Of a stretch of DNA of 64,000 bases, positions 8,544 to 19,377 are shown piece by piece (within the stretch, counting starts at the first letter, position 1; each line of letters opens with the position of its first letter). The translations under genes were made by a program, and so were the position numbers. The stretch is from Nitrosopumilus sp. (lineage in GTDB: Archaea; Thermoproteota; Nitrososphaeria; Nitrososphaerales; Nitrosopumilaceae), in assembly GCA_965206745.1 (NCBI GenBank), contig OZ242220.1, forward strand, positions 1,408,001-1,472,000, read 5' to 3'. The notes under the pieces were generated by a model. The model did no database searches and was not told where the DNA came from. It saw nothing but the letters and a program-made list of their open reading frames with translations.

Positions 8544-10304
8544 ATGTGTTCAATTATCGGATACAATGGAAAGAGATTTGCAGCACCCATCATTGTAAGG
8601 GGGCTAAAAAGGATGGAATACCGCGGATACGACAGTGTTGGCGTGGCAACTGAATCAGACAGCCAGATTGAATTAAAGAAGGGAATCGGAAAAGTTAACG
8701 AGGTCAATTCAAAAGTTCAGCTAGATGCACTTCCAGGAAAAACAGGCATCGGGCATACCAGATGGGCAACTCATGGAAAAGTCACAGATTCTAATGCGCA
8801 TCCACATCCAAGCAATTCAGGAAAAATTGCAATTGTGCATAATGGAATAATAGAGAACTTTGAGGAGCTAAAAAAACAACTGCAGGATGAAGGGTATGAT
8901 TTCAAGAGTGAAACAGATAGTGAAATTATTGCCAACCTGCTTCAAAAATACTATGAAAAAACAAACGATGTCAAAGAAACGATTCTGAAGACAGTTTCAG
9001 AAATCAAAGGGCATTATGCGTTTGTTGCAATGTTTGAGAATGGCCAATTAGCCGGCGCAAGATTCCATGAACCGCTAATAATAGGGGTAGGACAAGATGA
9101 CCTTTTTCTATCAAGTGATGTTTTAGGTTTCATTGAACATACCGATAATGCAATTTATTTGGAAAACGGAAATCTGGTAGTTCTGGATGAGGATAAATTT
9201 CAAATACTGGATTTCAAAGGAGAAGATGTAAAATACAGCATTACAAAAGTGTCTAAAGAATTCGGAGACGCATACAAAGGGGATTACGCACATTTCACAT
9301 TAAAAGAAATTTACGAGCAGCATGAAACAATACTAAAAGCAGGAGAGAAGACGCAGCAAGCCATAGAGGAAACTGCAGACCATATCAAGCATGCAAAAAA
9401 TATCTATGTCACAGGCAGTGGAACCAGCTATAATTCAGCGCTTATTGCAAAACAGATCTTTTCAAAATATGTCAAGATTAAAGCAGAGCCAATCATGTCA
9501 AGCGAACTGCCGTTTTCATCAGACAACATAGAGGAGAATTCGATCATAATCGCAATATCGCAGAGTGGCGAGAGTGCAGATGTTTTAGAGGCAGTGAATA
9601 TCGGAAAACAGGCAAATTGTAAAATCATCGCCATAGTAAATTTAATGACATCCTCGCTTGCCAGGCAGGCAGACATCGTGATTGGAATGAATTGTGGACC
9701 GGAAATAGGAGTAGCGGCTACAAAAAGCTTCACATCACAGCTGGTGGTGCTTTACAAAATCGTGCAAAAAATAAGCGATAATAAAATAACAATTAATTTT
9801 GAAAAGTTTGCAGAATCAGTTTTAAAAATATTGGAAAACCCGACCAAAATCCAAGAGATTGCAAAGGAGCTCAAACACATCTCAGATATCTACGTACTTG
9901 GAAGAGGAATCAACTATCCGATTGCATTGGAGGCATCTTTGAAATTAAAAGAGTTGACATACATTCATGCCGAAGGAATACCAGGCGGGGAATTAAAACA
10001 CGGGCCCCTTGCGCTGATGGATTCAAATGTGTTTGTGATAGTAATCAATCCAAATGATTCCACATATGCAGACACGTTAACCAGCGGAAGGGAGATCAAG
10101 GCTCGCGGAGCGAAGATCATCGGCGTCTCAGACATACAAAGTGATGTTTATGACCATTGGATAGAGATGCCAAAGATAGATCAGGTGCTGTATCCAATTT
10201 CAGAGATCATTCCAATTCAATTTTTGTCATATTATGCGGCCCTTGAGAAAGACACGGATCCGGACTATCCCAGAAATCTAGCAAAATCAGTTACAGTAAA
10301 GTAA
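8544..10304 (+). CDS. glmS: Glutamine-fructose-6-phosphate transaminase
   Basis: N-terminal Cys2, EYRGYDS, GHTRWATHG, C-terminal PRNLAKSVTV. Confidence 0.97.
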   Translation: MCSIIGYNGKRFAAPIIVRGLKRMEYRGYDSVGVATESDSQIELKKGIGKVNEVNSKVQLDALPGKTGIGHTRWATHGKVTDSNAHPHPSNSGKIAIVHNGIIENFEELKKQLQDEGYDFKSETDSEIIANLLQKYYEKTNDVKETILKTVSEIKGHYAFVAMFENGQLAGARFHEPLIIGVGQDDLFLSSDVLGFIEHTDNAIYLENGNLVVLDEDKFQILDFKGEDVKYSITKVSKEFGDAYKGDYAHFTLKEIYEQHETILKAGEKTQQAIEETADHIKHAKNIYVTGSGTSYNSALIAKQIFSKYVKIKAEPIMSSELPFSSDNIEENSIIIAISQSGESADVLEAVNIGKQANCKIIAIVNLMTSSLARQADIVIGMNCGPEIGVAATKSFTSQLVVLYKIVQKISDNKITINFEKFAESVLKILENPTKIQEIAKELKHISDIYVLGRGINYPIALEASLKLKELTYIHAEGIPGGELKHGPLALMDSNVFVIVINPNDSTYADTLTSGREIKARGAKIIGVSDIQSDVYDHWIEMPKIDQVLYPISEIIPIQFLSYYAALEKDTDPDYPRNLAKSVTVK

Positions 10305-11361
10305 ATAATCTGCGATATTCTTTTTCTGCCATCTCTAGGAATTTTGCAGAACCATTCCCAGTTTTGATCATTGAGGAGATGATGCTAGCACCGGCACCCA
10401 CTCCTTCCTTTGCGAATCCTTTGGAAAATGCCCTCAGTCCAGGATATTTGGAATTTTCCAAGCCCGGATTGACAGCAATTGCGGGAATATCAGCAATCTT
10501 TTTTACAAGACTGGTGAAATTTGCACTCTTGTCACCAGTGATGTATGAGGTTGTTCCAATTGCGGTATTTTCTTCATTGAAACCAATTTTTGATGCAAAG
10601 GCCAATACTGCAGCCATCTGGGTTCCACCAGCCAACATTACATCAGATACGCCGGATGCAGAACTTAGCATTCCAGCTACAAATGGAATCATAGGATCAC
10701 CGACTTTTGCTACAATACTGTAAGGGTGATCAGAGTCTATCCTTTCAAGGGCGGATTTGACAATTTGATTCTTCAATTCAATAGGATTGTTTGGAATGCT
10801 GGAACTGACCTTGGCATCAAAACCTAATGCTTTCAGTACTGCCAGTGCAGTAGTTGTCCCGCCGGGGATACTCTCACCGATCACCAGACAGTCAGTTAGG
10901 GAGGCCATACTTCTGCCCACAATCCTTCCATAATCCACAGCGTGCGATACCTGCGCATCAGTCATTGCAGCACTAGTTGAGATGTCCTCTCCAAACGACA
11001 TGCCAGTCTCAACAAATGGAAGCTGTGGTGGGATTTTACTCCCGGCATTAACTGTCAAATGAGGGATACTGGCAGATTCCAATGCGGTTTTCGTCAGCAA
11101 TCCTGGGGTGGGTTTGCCATCAGGAGTCATTGGGATTTTATCGATTGTTTTGCAATATCCATAGTGAAGGTACTCTGCATCTGCAGGGGGGGTAAATTGA
11201 ATCGAGTCCTTATCTGCACCTGCAAATGTAATTCCTGGAACTTTGCAGGTTTCAGTGTAAGAGATTACAAGTGAGAAGAGAAATCTTTTGGACTTTATAT
11301 GTTCAAGAAAACTCTGCCCCTGTTCCACATTTCCAAATAGTTCAAAGTTCTCCATCGTCAT
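10291..11361 (-). CDS. cobT: Archaeal-type nicotinate-nucleotide-dimethylbenzimidazole phosphoribosyltransferase
   Basis: TPPADAE, IGESIPGGTTTA, LAGGTQM, KEGVGAG. Confidence 0.85.
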   Translation of the reverse strand: MTMENFELFGNVEQGQSFLEHIKSKRFLFSLVISYTETCKVPGITFAGADKDSIQFTPPADAEYLHYGYCKTIDKIPMTPDGKPTPGLLTKTALESASIPHLTVNAGSKIPPQLPFVETGMSFGEDISTSAAMTDAQVSHAVDYGRIVGRSMASLTDCLVIGESIPGGTTTALAVLKALGFDAKVSSSIPNNPIELKNQIVKSALERIDSDHPYSIVAKVGDPMIPFVAGMLSSASGVSDVMLAGGTQMAAVLAFASKIGFNEENTAIGTTSYITGDKSANFTSLVKKIADIPAIAVNPGLENSKYPGLRAFSKGFAKEGVGAGASIISSMIKTGNGSAKFLEMAEKEYRRLFTLL

Positions 11362-11363
11362 CC

Positions 11364-11972
11364 CTAACCCATCATATCAAGAAACTGTTGTTCAGTTCTT
11401 TTTTGCATTACGTGATTAGTAATTTTTTCTTGTCCAAGAGTAGAAGTTCCAGAGCCGCCATAATTATGGCCCGAATACATGACTAGATTTTCATCTAAAT
11501 TATACAGTACGTCAAACAAGCTGTGATAGAGATCTTTTGCACTGCCTCCAGGCAGATCAATGCGACCGCAATTTCCGACAAACAGTGTGTCGCCAGAAAA
11601 GATCTTTCCATCACCTACAAGACAAATACTGTCCTGAGAATGACCAGGAGTATGGAGCACCTTTAATCTTGAGTTTCCAAATTCGATGAGGTCCCCATCC
11701 TTTACTGTAATGTCGTGCTTTAATTCTGAAGATTCGTGTTGTATTATTGGGGCTTTGGTGGATTCTGCCATTGCCTCATTTCCCAAGGTATGATCAAAGT
11801 GATGGTGAGTATTTACAATGTACTTAATTTTCAGGTTGTTTTTTTTAATCACCGTTTCCAGCTCGATTAGATCCCAAGAGGGATCAATTATGATTGCCTC
11901 ACTAGTATCCTCATCTTCAACGATGTATGAAAAGTTCTGCATGCTTCCAACTTGGATTTGATGCGCCTTCAT
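11364..11972 (-). CDS. MBL-fold metallo-hydrolase (glyoxalase II-like)
   Basis: THHHFDH, HTPGHS, FSGDTLF. Confidence 0.9.
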   Translation of the reverse strand: MKAHQIQVGSMQNFSYIVEDEDTSEAIIIDPSWDLIELETVIKKNNLKIKYIVNTHHHFDHTLGNEAMAESTKAPIIQHESSELKHDITVKDGDLIEFGNSRLKVLHTPGHSQDSICLVGDGKIFSGDTLFVGNCGRIDLPGGSAKDLYHSLFDVLYNLDENLVMYSGHNYGGSGTSTLGQEKITNHVMQKRTEQQFLDMMG

Positions 11973-12616
11973 AGTATCCCCTCTTCGGCCTCTGGTGGAA
12001 TTCCAATCTTTTCGGCAAACAGTTCCCCAGTCAGATCCTTTCGTTTGGGAATTCCCTGTTTCATTTTGTGAAAAGTCACAGTCATATCACATTTTGAGCA
12101 AATGTTTGCAGTATCTCCAGTTTGAGGATCCAATCCCGAAGGCACATCCACTGCAAACTTGTAGCAGTTTGCCTCATTGATGTAGCTGATTGCAGATGCA
12201 TAAGGTTCCCGGATATCGCCAGATATTCCAGTTCCCAAGATTCCATCAACTATCACGTCTGGTTTGAAATCAAACTCAAAAGAGTCACCGGACATCAGTT
12301 TTACAGACGGCATTTTTTGTAAAATTGACCAATTCCAGTTGCTTTCTTCTGTTTTTATTTTCTCAGGACAGCCAAGAAGCATCACAGTGACTCGGGCGCC
12401 GTATCCTGCCAGATGCCTTGCCATTACCAGACCATCCCCGCCATTATTTCCCAATCCAACAAATATCAGAATATTTTTTGATTCCACATTACCTATTTTT
12501 TCAAGTAGGCGTCTGACTGCTGCAGAACCAGCATTTTCCATCATGAATTTTTTCAAAAATCCCATATCATGGCCTTTGTTTTCAATATTGTACATTTGAT
12601 CAACGGTAATTTCCAT
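11969..12616 (-). CDS. nnrE: NAD(P)H-hydrate epimerase (YjeF-N)
   Basis: MENAG, GNNGGDG, VDGILGTG, AVDVPSG; ATG at 12616. Confidence 0.9.
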   Translation of the reverse strand: MEITVDQMYNIENKGHDMGFLKKFMMENAGSAAVRRLLEKIGNVESKNILIFVGLGNNGGDGLVMARHLAGYGARVTVMLLGCPEKIKTEESNWNWSILQKMPSVKLMSGDSFEFDFKPDVIVDGILGTGISGDIREPYASAISYINEANCYKFAVDVPSGLDPQTGDTANICSKCDMTVTFHKMKQGIPKRKDLTGELFAEKIGIPPEAEEGIL

Positions 12617-12901
12617 ATCATTGATGAAATTATATCCAAAATAAGAGCTTTGAAAGTACAAATTATGGCTAAAATGGGCAGAAATGCCCACAGGAATTTA
12701 TCTTTTTTTCTGTATTGCCAGCATTTTTCTTGCTTTTTGTCCCAATACCCTTGTCATACCATACAGCATTACTGCTTTTTTGATCTAATTTTGTCAGACC
12801 AAAAAGAGGATACAGGCAGAGTCATGCAGCAAGGCGCATATTACGTACAGTTGGACTGGTTTGGCAAACGGCTTTATCCTAGTTTTAAAACATGAGTTAA
12901 C

Positions 12902-13516
12902 ATGACATTAAAAAATGTAAAACCATCACTGAACAAGATTGCAAAGGATTTAGGAACAGTTCAAGACGCCAGGGAGTTTCTGCTAACCAATACAAGGGAG
13001 ATAATAATTCAATGTAGCAAATCAATTATTGCAGTCCATAAAGGGGATTTGAGAACTGGAAAAAATAATCTAAAACATGCAGATGCACTATTAAAAAAAT
13101 ACAAGAAAAAGGCGACAGGGGGACTAAGAAGATACCTAATTACTCCAGAACAGGAATTTGTAGAAGCCGCATGTCTGATCGCAGTTGTTGAGAAAAAGGA
13201 GATCCCTTCAGATAAAAAACTGGCAGTGATGCCTGAATCATACGTTTTAGGATTATTGGATTGCGTGGGGGAACTGAAAAGACAGGTCTTTGATAAAATC
13301 CGAATCGGTGAAATCGACGAGGCAACAAGAATTTTTGAAATAATGGAAAACCTGTATCTTCAACTGTACACTTTTTCAATGTACGACAAGGTGGTAAAAG
13401 AGGCCAGAAGGAAGATCGATGTAAATAGGATACTCGTAGACGATGTCAGGGCTGTAATTACAGAAGAGAAGAGAAGGACCGAATTAATCAAGATTTTAAA
13501 GAATCTGGAGAGATAG
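12902..13516 (+). CDS. Translin/Trax-family RNA-binding protein
   Basis: EQEFVEA and YVLGLLDCVGELKR translin motifs. Confidence 0.85.
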   Translation: MTLKNVKPSLNKIAKDLGTVQDAREFLLTNTREIIIQCSKSIIAVHKGDLRTGKNNLKHADALLKKYKKKATGGLRRYLITPEQEFVEAACLIAVVEKKEIPSDKKLAVMPESYVLGLLDCVGELKRQVFDKIRIGEIDEATRIFEIMENLYLQLYTFSMYDKVVKEARRKIDVNRILVDDVRAVITEEKRRTELIKILKNLER

Positions 13517-13531
13517 CACAGAATAGAGAGG

Positions 13532-13616
13532 TGCGGATGATGGGATTTGAACCCACGAACTCCTAAGAGACTAGCCCCTCAAGCTAGCGCCTTTGGCCAG
13601 GCTGGGCGACATCCGC
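13532..13616 (-). tRNA. tRNA-Leu(GAG)
   Basis: GCGGATG acceptor stem, CTAGC-TTGAGGG-GCTAG anticodon arm, long variable arm, GTTCAAATC T-loop. Confidence 0.95.
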
Positions 13617-13666
13617 AAAGGAATTTTCTTGCATGGTTTTTATAATCCTTGGTTACTTTTTTCTTC

Positions 13667-13903
13667 GTGTTAATTCCTGTCAGATGCTTAACTTGTGGAA
13701 AATTAATTGCCGATAAATTTGAAGATTACCAGAGCAAGATCAAGGCAGGCGAGGATCCTACAAAGACTCTCGATTCTTTAGGAATTGAGAGGTATTGTTG
13801 CAGAAGAATGCTTTTGACTACAGTTGAGACAATACAACAAGTGATTCCATTTTATGAAGCAATTCAGAGAAGAAAGCAAGAAGTTCAATCTGAGCTAGAA
13901 TAA
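13667..13903 (+). CDS. rpoN: RNA polymerase subunit N (Rpo10)
   Basis: PVRCLTCGK...RYCCRRML. Confidence 0.95.
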   Translation: MLIPVRCLTCGKLIADKFEDYQSKIKAGEDPTKTLDSLGIERYCCRRMLLTTVETIQQVIPFYEAIQRRKQEVQSELE

Positions 13904-13904
13904 C

Positions 13905-15143
13905 TTGGCCAAAATATCCTCAATTGAAGGACGTATTTTATACAACAGCAGAGGCAGCAAAACAATCGAAGTCGACGTTCAATCAGATAACAGATTTTTA
14001 GGAAGAGTGTGTGCCCCGTCAGGTGCAAGTGTAGGAAAATACGAGGCAGTCAGTTTTCCAGATGGAGGTCCTGAGAAAAGCCTCAAAATACTAAGAGAGA
14101 ACTCTCAAAGATTTATCGGCTTGGAAACATCAGATCTCAAGGGAATTCACAGCGTTCTGAAGAGCTTGGATGACTCTGCAGACTATTCAGTCATTGGAGG
14201 GGCACTAGCTTTTGCAGTGACAATTGCATCCATGGAGTCAGCCTCAAAAGCATCAGGCCAGCCACTATTCAAGACGCTCTCATCAGAGTCATCATTCAAG
14301 TTTCCATTTCCGCTAGGAAACATTTTGGGAGGCGGGGCACATGCAGGACCAGGAACCCCGGACATTCAGGAGATACTGATTTGTGCAACAGGCTCAAAAA
14401 CCATAGAGGATGCAATTGGGACCAACCTAACAGTCCACAAAGAACTGCAAAGGGTTCTAGAAAAGGAGGATCCCAATTTCACAAACGGCAGGGGTGATGA
14501 GGGTGGCTGGGCACCAAGACTGGAAAACCAAAAGGCATTGGAGATTTCTGCAAAAGCATGTGAGAACCTAGGATTCACCTTGGGAAAGGAAGTGTCACTA
14601 GGGGTTGACTTTGCATCATCAACGCAATGGAATGAAGGAAAAGGCAAGTATGTTTATGACAGAGCAGACTTTGAGAATTCAACAGGGGAGCAGGTTGATT
14701 TTGCCGCAGACATTATTGAAAAGTTCAAGTTGATTTATGCAGAGGATGCAGTTCATGAAGAGGCATTTGAGGACATGTCAGAGCTGACAAAGAGGTTTCC
14801 CAACACGTTGGTTACAGGCGATGACTTGACTGTAACAAACAAAAATATCCTAAAAAAGGCAATTGAGGCAAAATCATGCAATGCGGCAATCTTAAAAGTA
14901 AATCAGGCAGGCAGCCTTTTTGACGCCCTAGAGTTTGCAGAGGAGGCAACTCAAAACAACATTAAACTGATCACATCGCACAGATCTGGTGAATCTACGG
15001 ATTCGCAGATATCCCACATTGGCCTTGCTACAGGGTCAAAAATGCTCAAAGTGGGCATTGTTGGGGGAGAAAGGGTGGCAAAACTCAACGAATTACTACG
15101 ACTATCAGAGCATGATTTAATATGCGGTATGGCAGAGATTTAA
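13905..15143 (+). CDS. eno: Enolase
   Basis: NSRG, APSGASVG, GDEGG, SHRSGE, ERVAKLNELLR. Confidence 0.93.
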   Translation: MAKISSIEGRILYNSRGSKTIEVDVQSDNRFLGRVCAPSGASVGKYEAVSFPDGGPEKSLKILRENSQRFIGLETSDLKGIHSVLKSLDDSADYSVIGGALAFAVTIASMESASKASGQPLFKTLSSESSFKFPFPLGNILGGGAHAGPGTPDIQEILICATGSKTIEDAIGTNLTVHKELQRVLEKEDPNFTNGRGDEGGWAPRLENQKALEISAKACENLGFTLGKEVSLGVDFASSTQWNEGKGKYVYDRADFENSTGEQVDFAADIIEKFKLIYAEDAVHEEAFEDMSELTKRFPNTLVTGDDLTVTNKNILKKAIEAKSCNAAILKVNQAGSLFDALEFAEEATQNNIKLITSHRSGESTDSQISHIGLATGSKMLKVGIVGGERVAKLNELLRLSEHDLICGMAEI

Positions 15144-15150
15144 AATCGTC

Positions 15151-15774
15151 ATGAGTCAACAAGCCGAAGGAACCGACATAAAAAAGAAGGTTCTAGCTAC
15201 TGGGATCAGGGTAGGAACCCAGGTTAAGACCAAATTCATGAAGCCATTTATCACCAAGGCAAGTCCCGAGGGCCTGTACATGCTAGACTTGGACATTACG
15301 TTAGAAAAGATTCAAACGGCAGCCAAGTTCATCAACAGGCTGGGTACTGAAAACCTCATCGTCTGCTCAGGCAGACAGTATGCAGAGACACCGATTGAAA
15401 AATTCTGTGAGAATCTAGGAGCCAAAAAGTTGCTAAACAGATTCATGCCAGGAACCTTGACAAACCCTTCATTGCCATATTACATTGAACCAAAGTTAAT
15501 CTTGATCTCAGACCCACAAGTAGACGAGCAGGCAGTCATAGAGGCAACAAACGCCGGCATCCCAATTATTGGAATTGCAAATACGGACAACATCACATCC
15601 AATCTGGATGTAATTATCCCAGCAAACAACAGAGGAAGAAAGGCACTAGCTACTGTTTACTGGTTGTTGGTACGTCAGGTACTAATTGAGAGGGGTGAAT
15701 TAAAAGAGGACGAGCCGATGAAGGAGGAGATCGACGACTATGAGACAAAGATTACCGAAGAGGAAATCGAATAA
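15151..15774 (+). CDS. rps2: 30S ribosomal protein uS2
   Basis: RFMPGTLTNP, IPANNRGRKAL. Confidence 0.96.
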   Translation: MSQQAEGTDIKKKVLATGIRVGTQVKTKFMKPFITKASPEGLYMLDLDITLEKIQTAAKFINRLGTENLIVCSGRQYAETPIEKFCENLGAKKLLNRFMPGTLTNPSLPYYIEPKLILISDPQVDEQAVIEATNAGIPIIGIANTDNITSNLDVIIPANNRGRKALATVYWLLVRQVLIERGELKEDEPMKEEIDDYETKITEEEIE

Positions 15775-15792
15775 TTTAGAATTTGCGTTTAA

Positions 15793-16737
15793 TTGAAATC
15801 CAAAGCCTCTGCACCAGGAAAAGTAATTCTTTTTGGGGAACATTTTGTAGTGTATGGGGTAAAAGCGATACTCTGTGCAATTAACAAAAGAATCACGGTT
15901 ACTGCAGAAAGGGTGGAAGGGGGGGAAATATCCATCAAGTCAAGCATCGGGGATTTAAAATCAGAGCCTGGATTAATCTCAGAGATTGACTCGCCGCTAA
16001 AACCGTTTTATTACTTGGCAGACAAGATGCTAAAGAATGAGGATACGGGGATTGAGATTGTCGTTGAATCAGACATTCCGTTGGGCGTAGGCTTGGGTTC
16101 GTCATCGGCCTGCTGTGTTGCAGGGGCTGCTGCAATCTCAAGATTATTCAAAAAAACATCAAATGAGGAAGTGCTTGCACTGGCCATAGAGGCCGAAAGA
16201 ACAATCTTCAAAGACACCTCAGGGGCCGACTGCACGGTATCCACATATGGTGGAATTATGAAATATGACAAAGAGAGTGGATTTGACAAGATAGAGCATG
16301 AGCCTAGTTTTCATCTGGTAATTGCAAATTCAAAGATTGAGCATTCCACAGAATCAGTAGTAAGCCAAGTAAGACAATTTAAGGAAGATAACGAGAAACG
16401 ATTCTCCTCCCTATGCAAGATGGAGTCAGAGTTGGTTCAAAAAGTCCTGGAGTTATTCAAGAAGAATGACATCAAAGAGCTGGGAGCCAGAGTTAGGGAG
16501 AATCAAGAGTATCTAGAGACGATAGGAATTTCAAACGATAAACTAAGGGAGATGATCCAGATAGGCCAAACCGAGTCATTTGGTGCCAAAATTACGGGTG
16601 CTGGCAGTGGGGGATGCATCTATGCCCTTACAGACGAATCAAACCTCAAGCAGACAGTTGACGGATTCAAAGACAAGAACTATGATTGTTTTTCAGTAAA
16701 GATCGATTTTCAAGGTCTGACTGTTTGCACGGTTTAA
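15793..16737 (+). CDS. mvk: Mevalonate kinase
   Basis: APGKVILFGEHFVVYG, GLGSSSA, KITGAGSGG. Confidence 0.93.
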   Translation: MKSKASAPGKVILFGEHFVVYGVKAILCAINKRITVTAERVEGGEISIKSSIGDLKSEPGLISEIDSPLKPFYYLADKMLKNEDTGIEIVVESDIPLGVGLGSSSACCVAGAAAISRLFKKTSNEEVLALAIEAERTIFKDTSGADCTVSTYGGIMKYDKESGFDKIEHEPSFHLVIANSKIEHSTESVVSQVRQFKEDNEKRFSSLCKMESELVQKVLELFKKNDIKELGARVRENQEYLETIGISNDKLREMIQIGQTESFGAKITGAGSGGCIYALTDESNLKQTVDGFKDKNYDCFSVKIDFQGLTVCTV

Positions 16738-16865
16738 AGTTCAGACAACATACATCAGCATACGGGCCCAGCCTTACACTTGCCAGTCAAAATATCCCCA
16801 ATTATGATTCAGACCAGAGATCTTGTAGTATTTTATCAGAACCAGAGAGTCAAGCAGACATGATT

Positions 16866-17213
16866 TTAAAAAATGCCAAACTTGCTAGACTCCATCTCTT
16901 CTTTGATTGCCAGTTTGAATCTGGGGGACTTGGCCTCAATATTTTTTGTTAGCCAAGTTAGAAATTTCTTGTCGCTGTCCTTTCCCTTCATATTATCAAA
17001 ATCAGCCCCCATCATGTCGGCCAGTTTTTCTACTAGTGCCCTATTTACGCTCAATACGAAAAAATGCCAGCCAAATGCAAATTCAGAGTCAGACATCACA
17101 AAGTCATCCTTCCCATGGACCATCTCCTCCAATAGGGACAATTGGTGAGTCAGTGCTTTGCTAGTTTTGTCGTAATCCACTGCTGAAACATTGATGTTGA
17201 TTCTGCCTTCCAT
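16866..17213 (-). CDS. Conserved hypothetical protein
   Basis: Clean ORF with ATG at 17213, co-oriented with neighbours. Confidence 0.75.
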   Translation of the reverse strand: MEGRININVSAVDYDKTSKALTHQLSLLEEMVHGKDDFVMSDSEFAFGWHFFVLSVNRALVEKLADMMGADFDNMKGKDSDKKFLTWLTKNIEAKSPRFKLAIKEEMESSKFGIF

Positions 17214-17253
17214 GTCTTGTTTGGATAAAAACAAAATAAAAGGATTACACAGA

Positions 17254-18015
17254 TTATTCCTCTAATAGATGCTCAAAGTCGATGTCAAAATGCATCTTCA
17301 TAATGCTAATGTATGTCTGAATCGATTCGGGGACTTTTTTGCCACATGCCACACCTAGTTTTTTTGCATTAATCCAAATTACCAGGGTTTGGATAATCGT
17401 CAAAAACCGATCATTTTTAATTTCCGAGGTTCCAATTGATTTGGTATATCTTTCGGCAAACTCCCATGCCGTAACAAAGTCGACACATTTCACACCAAAA
17501 ATTGCCAGCAGCTGTTCTTGCATGTTTTGTGCTTTTTTGAATGGAACCTCATTCAGAATGTATGGAAAATCCACCTTCTCAGGAAGACGCTCCGGCAGAG
17601 GCCCCCAGATTGTAATTATTTTTGTACCTTCTCCAAGATTTTCAAACTTTTCCATCATTTTGTCAATGATGCTCTGATCAGTGAACCAGAATAAGATTAC
17701 TGATGCATCTGACAAGACCGAATCTCTGATGTCCTGGCAAATCAGATCTGCCTTGGAATTTTTTTCGGCAAGATTTTTTTTTGCCTGTGTTATTTTTTCA
17801 TGATTGCTATCTATTCCAACTGCTTTTCTGACTCTGAATTCATTGACTGCCAATTCAATGCCCCTCTCACTCCCACATCCTAAATGATAAAAAACATCGT
17901 CTTCTCCCAAATTCACAAATTTGAAAATCTCCCGAAATGATTTTTCAGGCAATTGAACATCCTCACCACTAAGCAAATTCGCAGGAAGTGTCTCCAAATA
18001 TTCTTCAATTTTCAT
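17254..18015 (-). CDS. Class I SAM-dependent methyltransferase
   Basis: VFYHLGCG motif I, AVGID. Confidence 0.8.
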   Translation of the reverse strand: MKIEEYLETLPANLLSGEDVQLPEKSFREIFKFVNLGEDDVFYHLGCGSERGIELAVNEFRVRKAVGIDSNHEKITQAKKNLAEKNSKADLICQDIRDSVLSDASVILFWFTDQSIIDKMMEKFENLGEGTKIITIWGPLPERLPEKVDFPYILNEVPFKKAQNMQEQLLAIFGVKCVDFVTAWEFAERYTKSIGTSEIKNDRFLTIIQTLVIWINAKKLGVACGKKVPESIQTYISIMKMHFDIDFEHLLEE

Positions 18016-18040
18016 TGTACTTTGTATGATAAACGAGAAT

Positions 18041-18310
18041 TTATTCTCTTATGCTTTCTAATTTTGAAACTGCTTGCCATAGTTGGGTTCTGACGTATGA
18101 GGGCATGTTAGGATCTTGTGTGACATCATCTAGCAGGCTGATGGTGTTTGCCGCCCTGACAGATAGCGAATATTCAGGATTCTTTAGATCAGTAACTAAA
18201 TCGGTGATTGATTTCTTGATTGTTTTTGGGGTTGAGTTGCTAGAAGCAATTTGCTCCAATGTCTCAATTGCCTCTTTCATGGATTCTTTGTTTTGCGCAT
18301 CGTCGGTCAT
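18041..18310 (-). CDS. UPF0147 family protein
   Basis: SVRAANTISLLDDVTQDPNMPSYVRTQLW. Confidence 0.9.
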   Translation of the reverse strand: MTDDAQNKESMKEAIETLEQIASSNSTPKTIKKSITDLVTDLKNPEYSLSVRAANTISLLDDVTQDPNMPSYVRTQLWQAVSKLESIRE

Positions 18311-18497
18311 TTTTACATCCTACCTTAAATTAAAAGCACATAGATTTGAAACCGTAAAATGCAATGCCGAGCGTGAGACATGCGAAAATAAAATCATTTT
18401 TTTACTTGTTTAATATCTTATTAATAGTTTTAGCATCATTAATTGATCTGGCCACATTGAAAACAAAGATAGACGATTCACTGTTAATTCTTGAAAT

Positions 18498-18742
18498 TTA
18501 ATTCCCACATATACAGGCCTGCACATTCAAATCCCTTTTTGCCATGCATGATTTGATATAGATCATCGCCTCACTGTTTGTTAGCAAGGGGTTTGACATC
18601 TTTGATTGCCTCAAGTCATTTTCATCCATTAGTTTTGCCAGGCCTAAATCCGTGGCTGCGACTCTAAAATTCGCTATTGCAATTATACTTTTGTCCACAC
18701 AGGTATCAAGTGATTCTATGTTTTTTGGTTTAATTTTGTCAA
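18498..18742 (-). pseudogene. Possible frameshifted small gene
   Basis: TTG at 18742 (LTKLNQK) joins the 18498-18698 ORF if one A is added to an A6 tract near 18721-18726. Confidence 0.35.
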
Positions 18743-18958
18743 ATCAATTGTACGAAAATTAATTCACCTTAATTTTAAAGTCTCCAAGGAAATATTTAAG
18801 ATTCTACTGATCAAAAAAACCGATGATAAGCAGATGGACACGGCGACAAATAAGATATGCAGTGAGTGTACATGCCCAACAATAGCACATTCATAAAATA
18901 AAGATAAAATTTTTTACATCCTGTTCTAAAGATGACAATGAAAATAGTTGGAAATTTT

Positions 18959-19342
18959 TCATTTGGAAGACCTGGATTTTTTAAGTGCAGAATATATCAT
19001 AACCGAGACTATGGATATGAAGGAAGATCCTAAAATAAAATATGATAGATAAGTGGGATGAGTCAATACATACGTTAATCCAAAATAATACAGATCAATG
19101 GCCACACCCCATCCAAAAATTACGGTGTACCAACTAGCTATGATTAAACCGATAAACCCCAGTATTAATTTAAAAGAAAAAAAAGAAAGCAAGAGTTTAC
19201 CATCTGTTACTATGTGTATTTGGAATGAATGCAGAGTTGGGATCTAAAGCAGAACAACCAAAGCAACGAGAAGTATTACGTATTTTGGTTTTTTCAGATT
19301 ATGAAAACCTGAAAAAATCGATTTTATGTTATCTTTCGTCAT
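18959..19342 (-). pseudogene. Membrane-protein gene with an in-frame TAG
   Basis: ATG 19342 MTKDNIKSIFSG...LVVLL*IPTLHSF continues in frame into ORF 18959-19192; TAG at 19244-19246. Confidence 0.6.
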
Positions 19343-19377
19343 TGATAATACCACACAGTGAAGATTAAAAGGCGTTA

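Noticed and set aside
12700-12810. TPR-like fragment (SNAVWYDKG) on the minus strand
   Set aside because: Too short, with no start or continued repeat.
19244-19246. Pyrrolysine or amber recoding
   Set aside because: TAG terminates ordinary genes here (e.g. uS13, CDF) and no pyl genes are visible.
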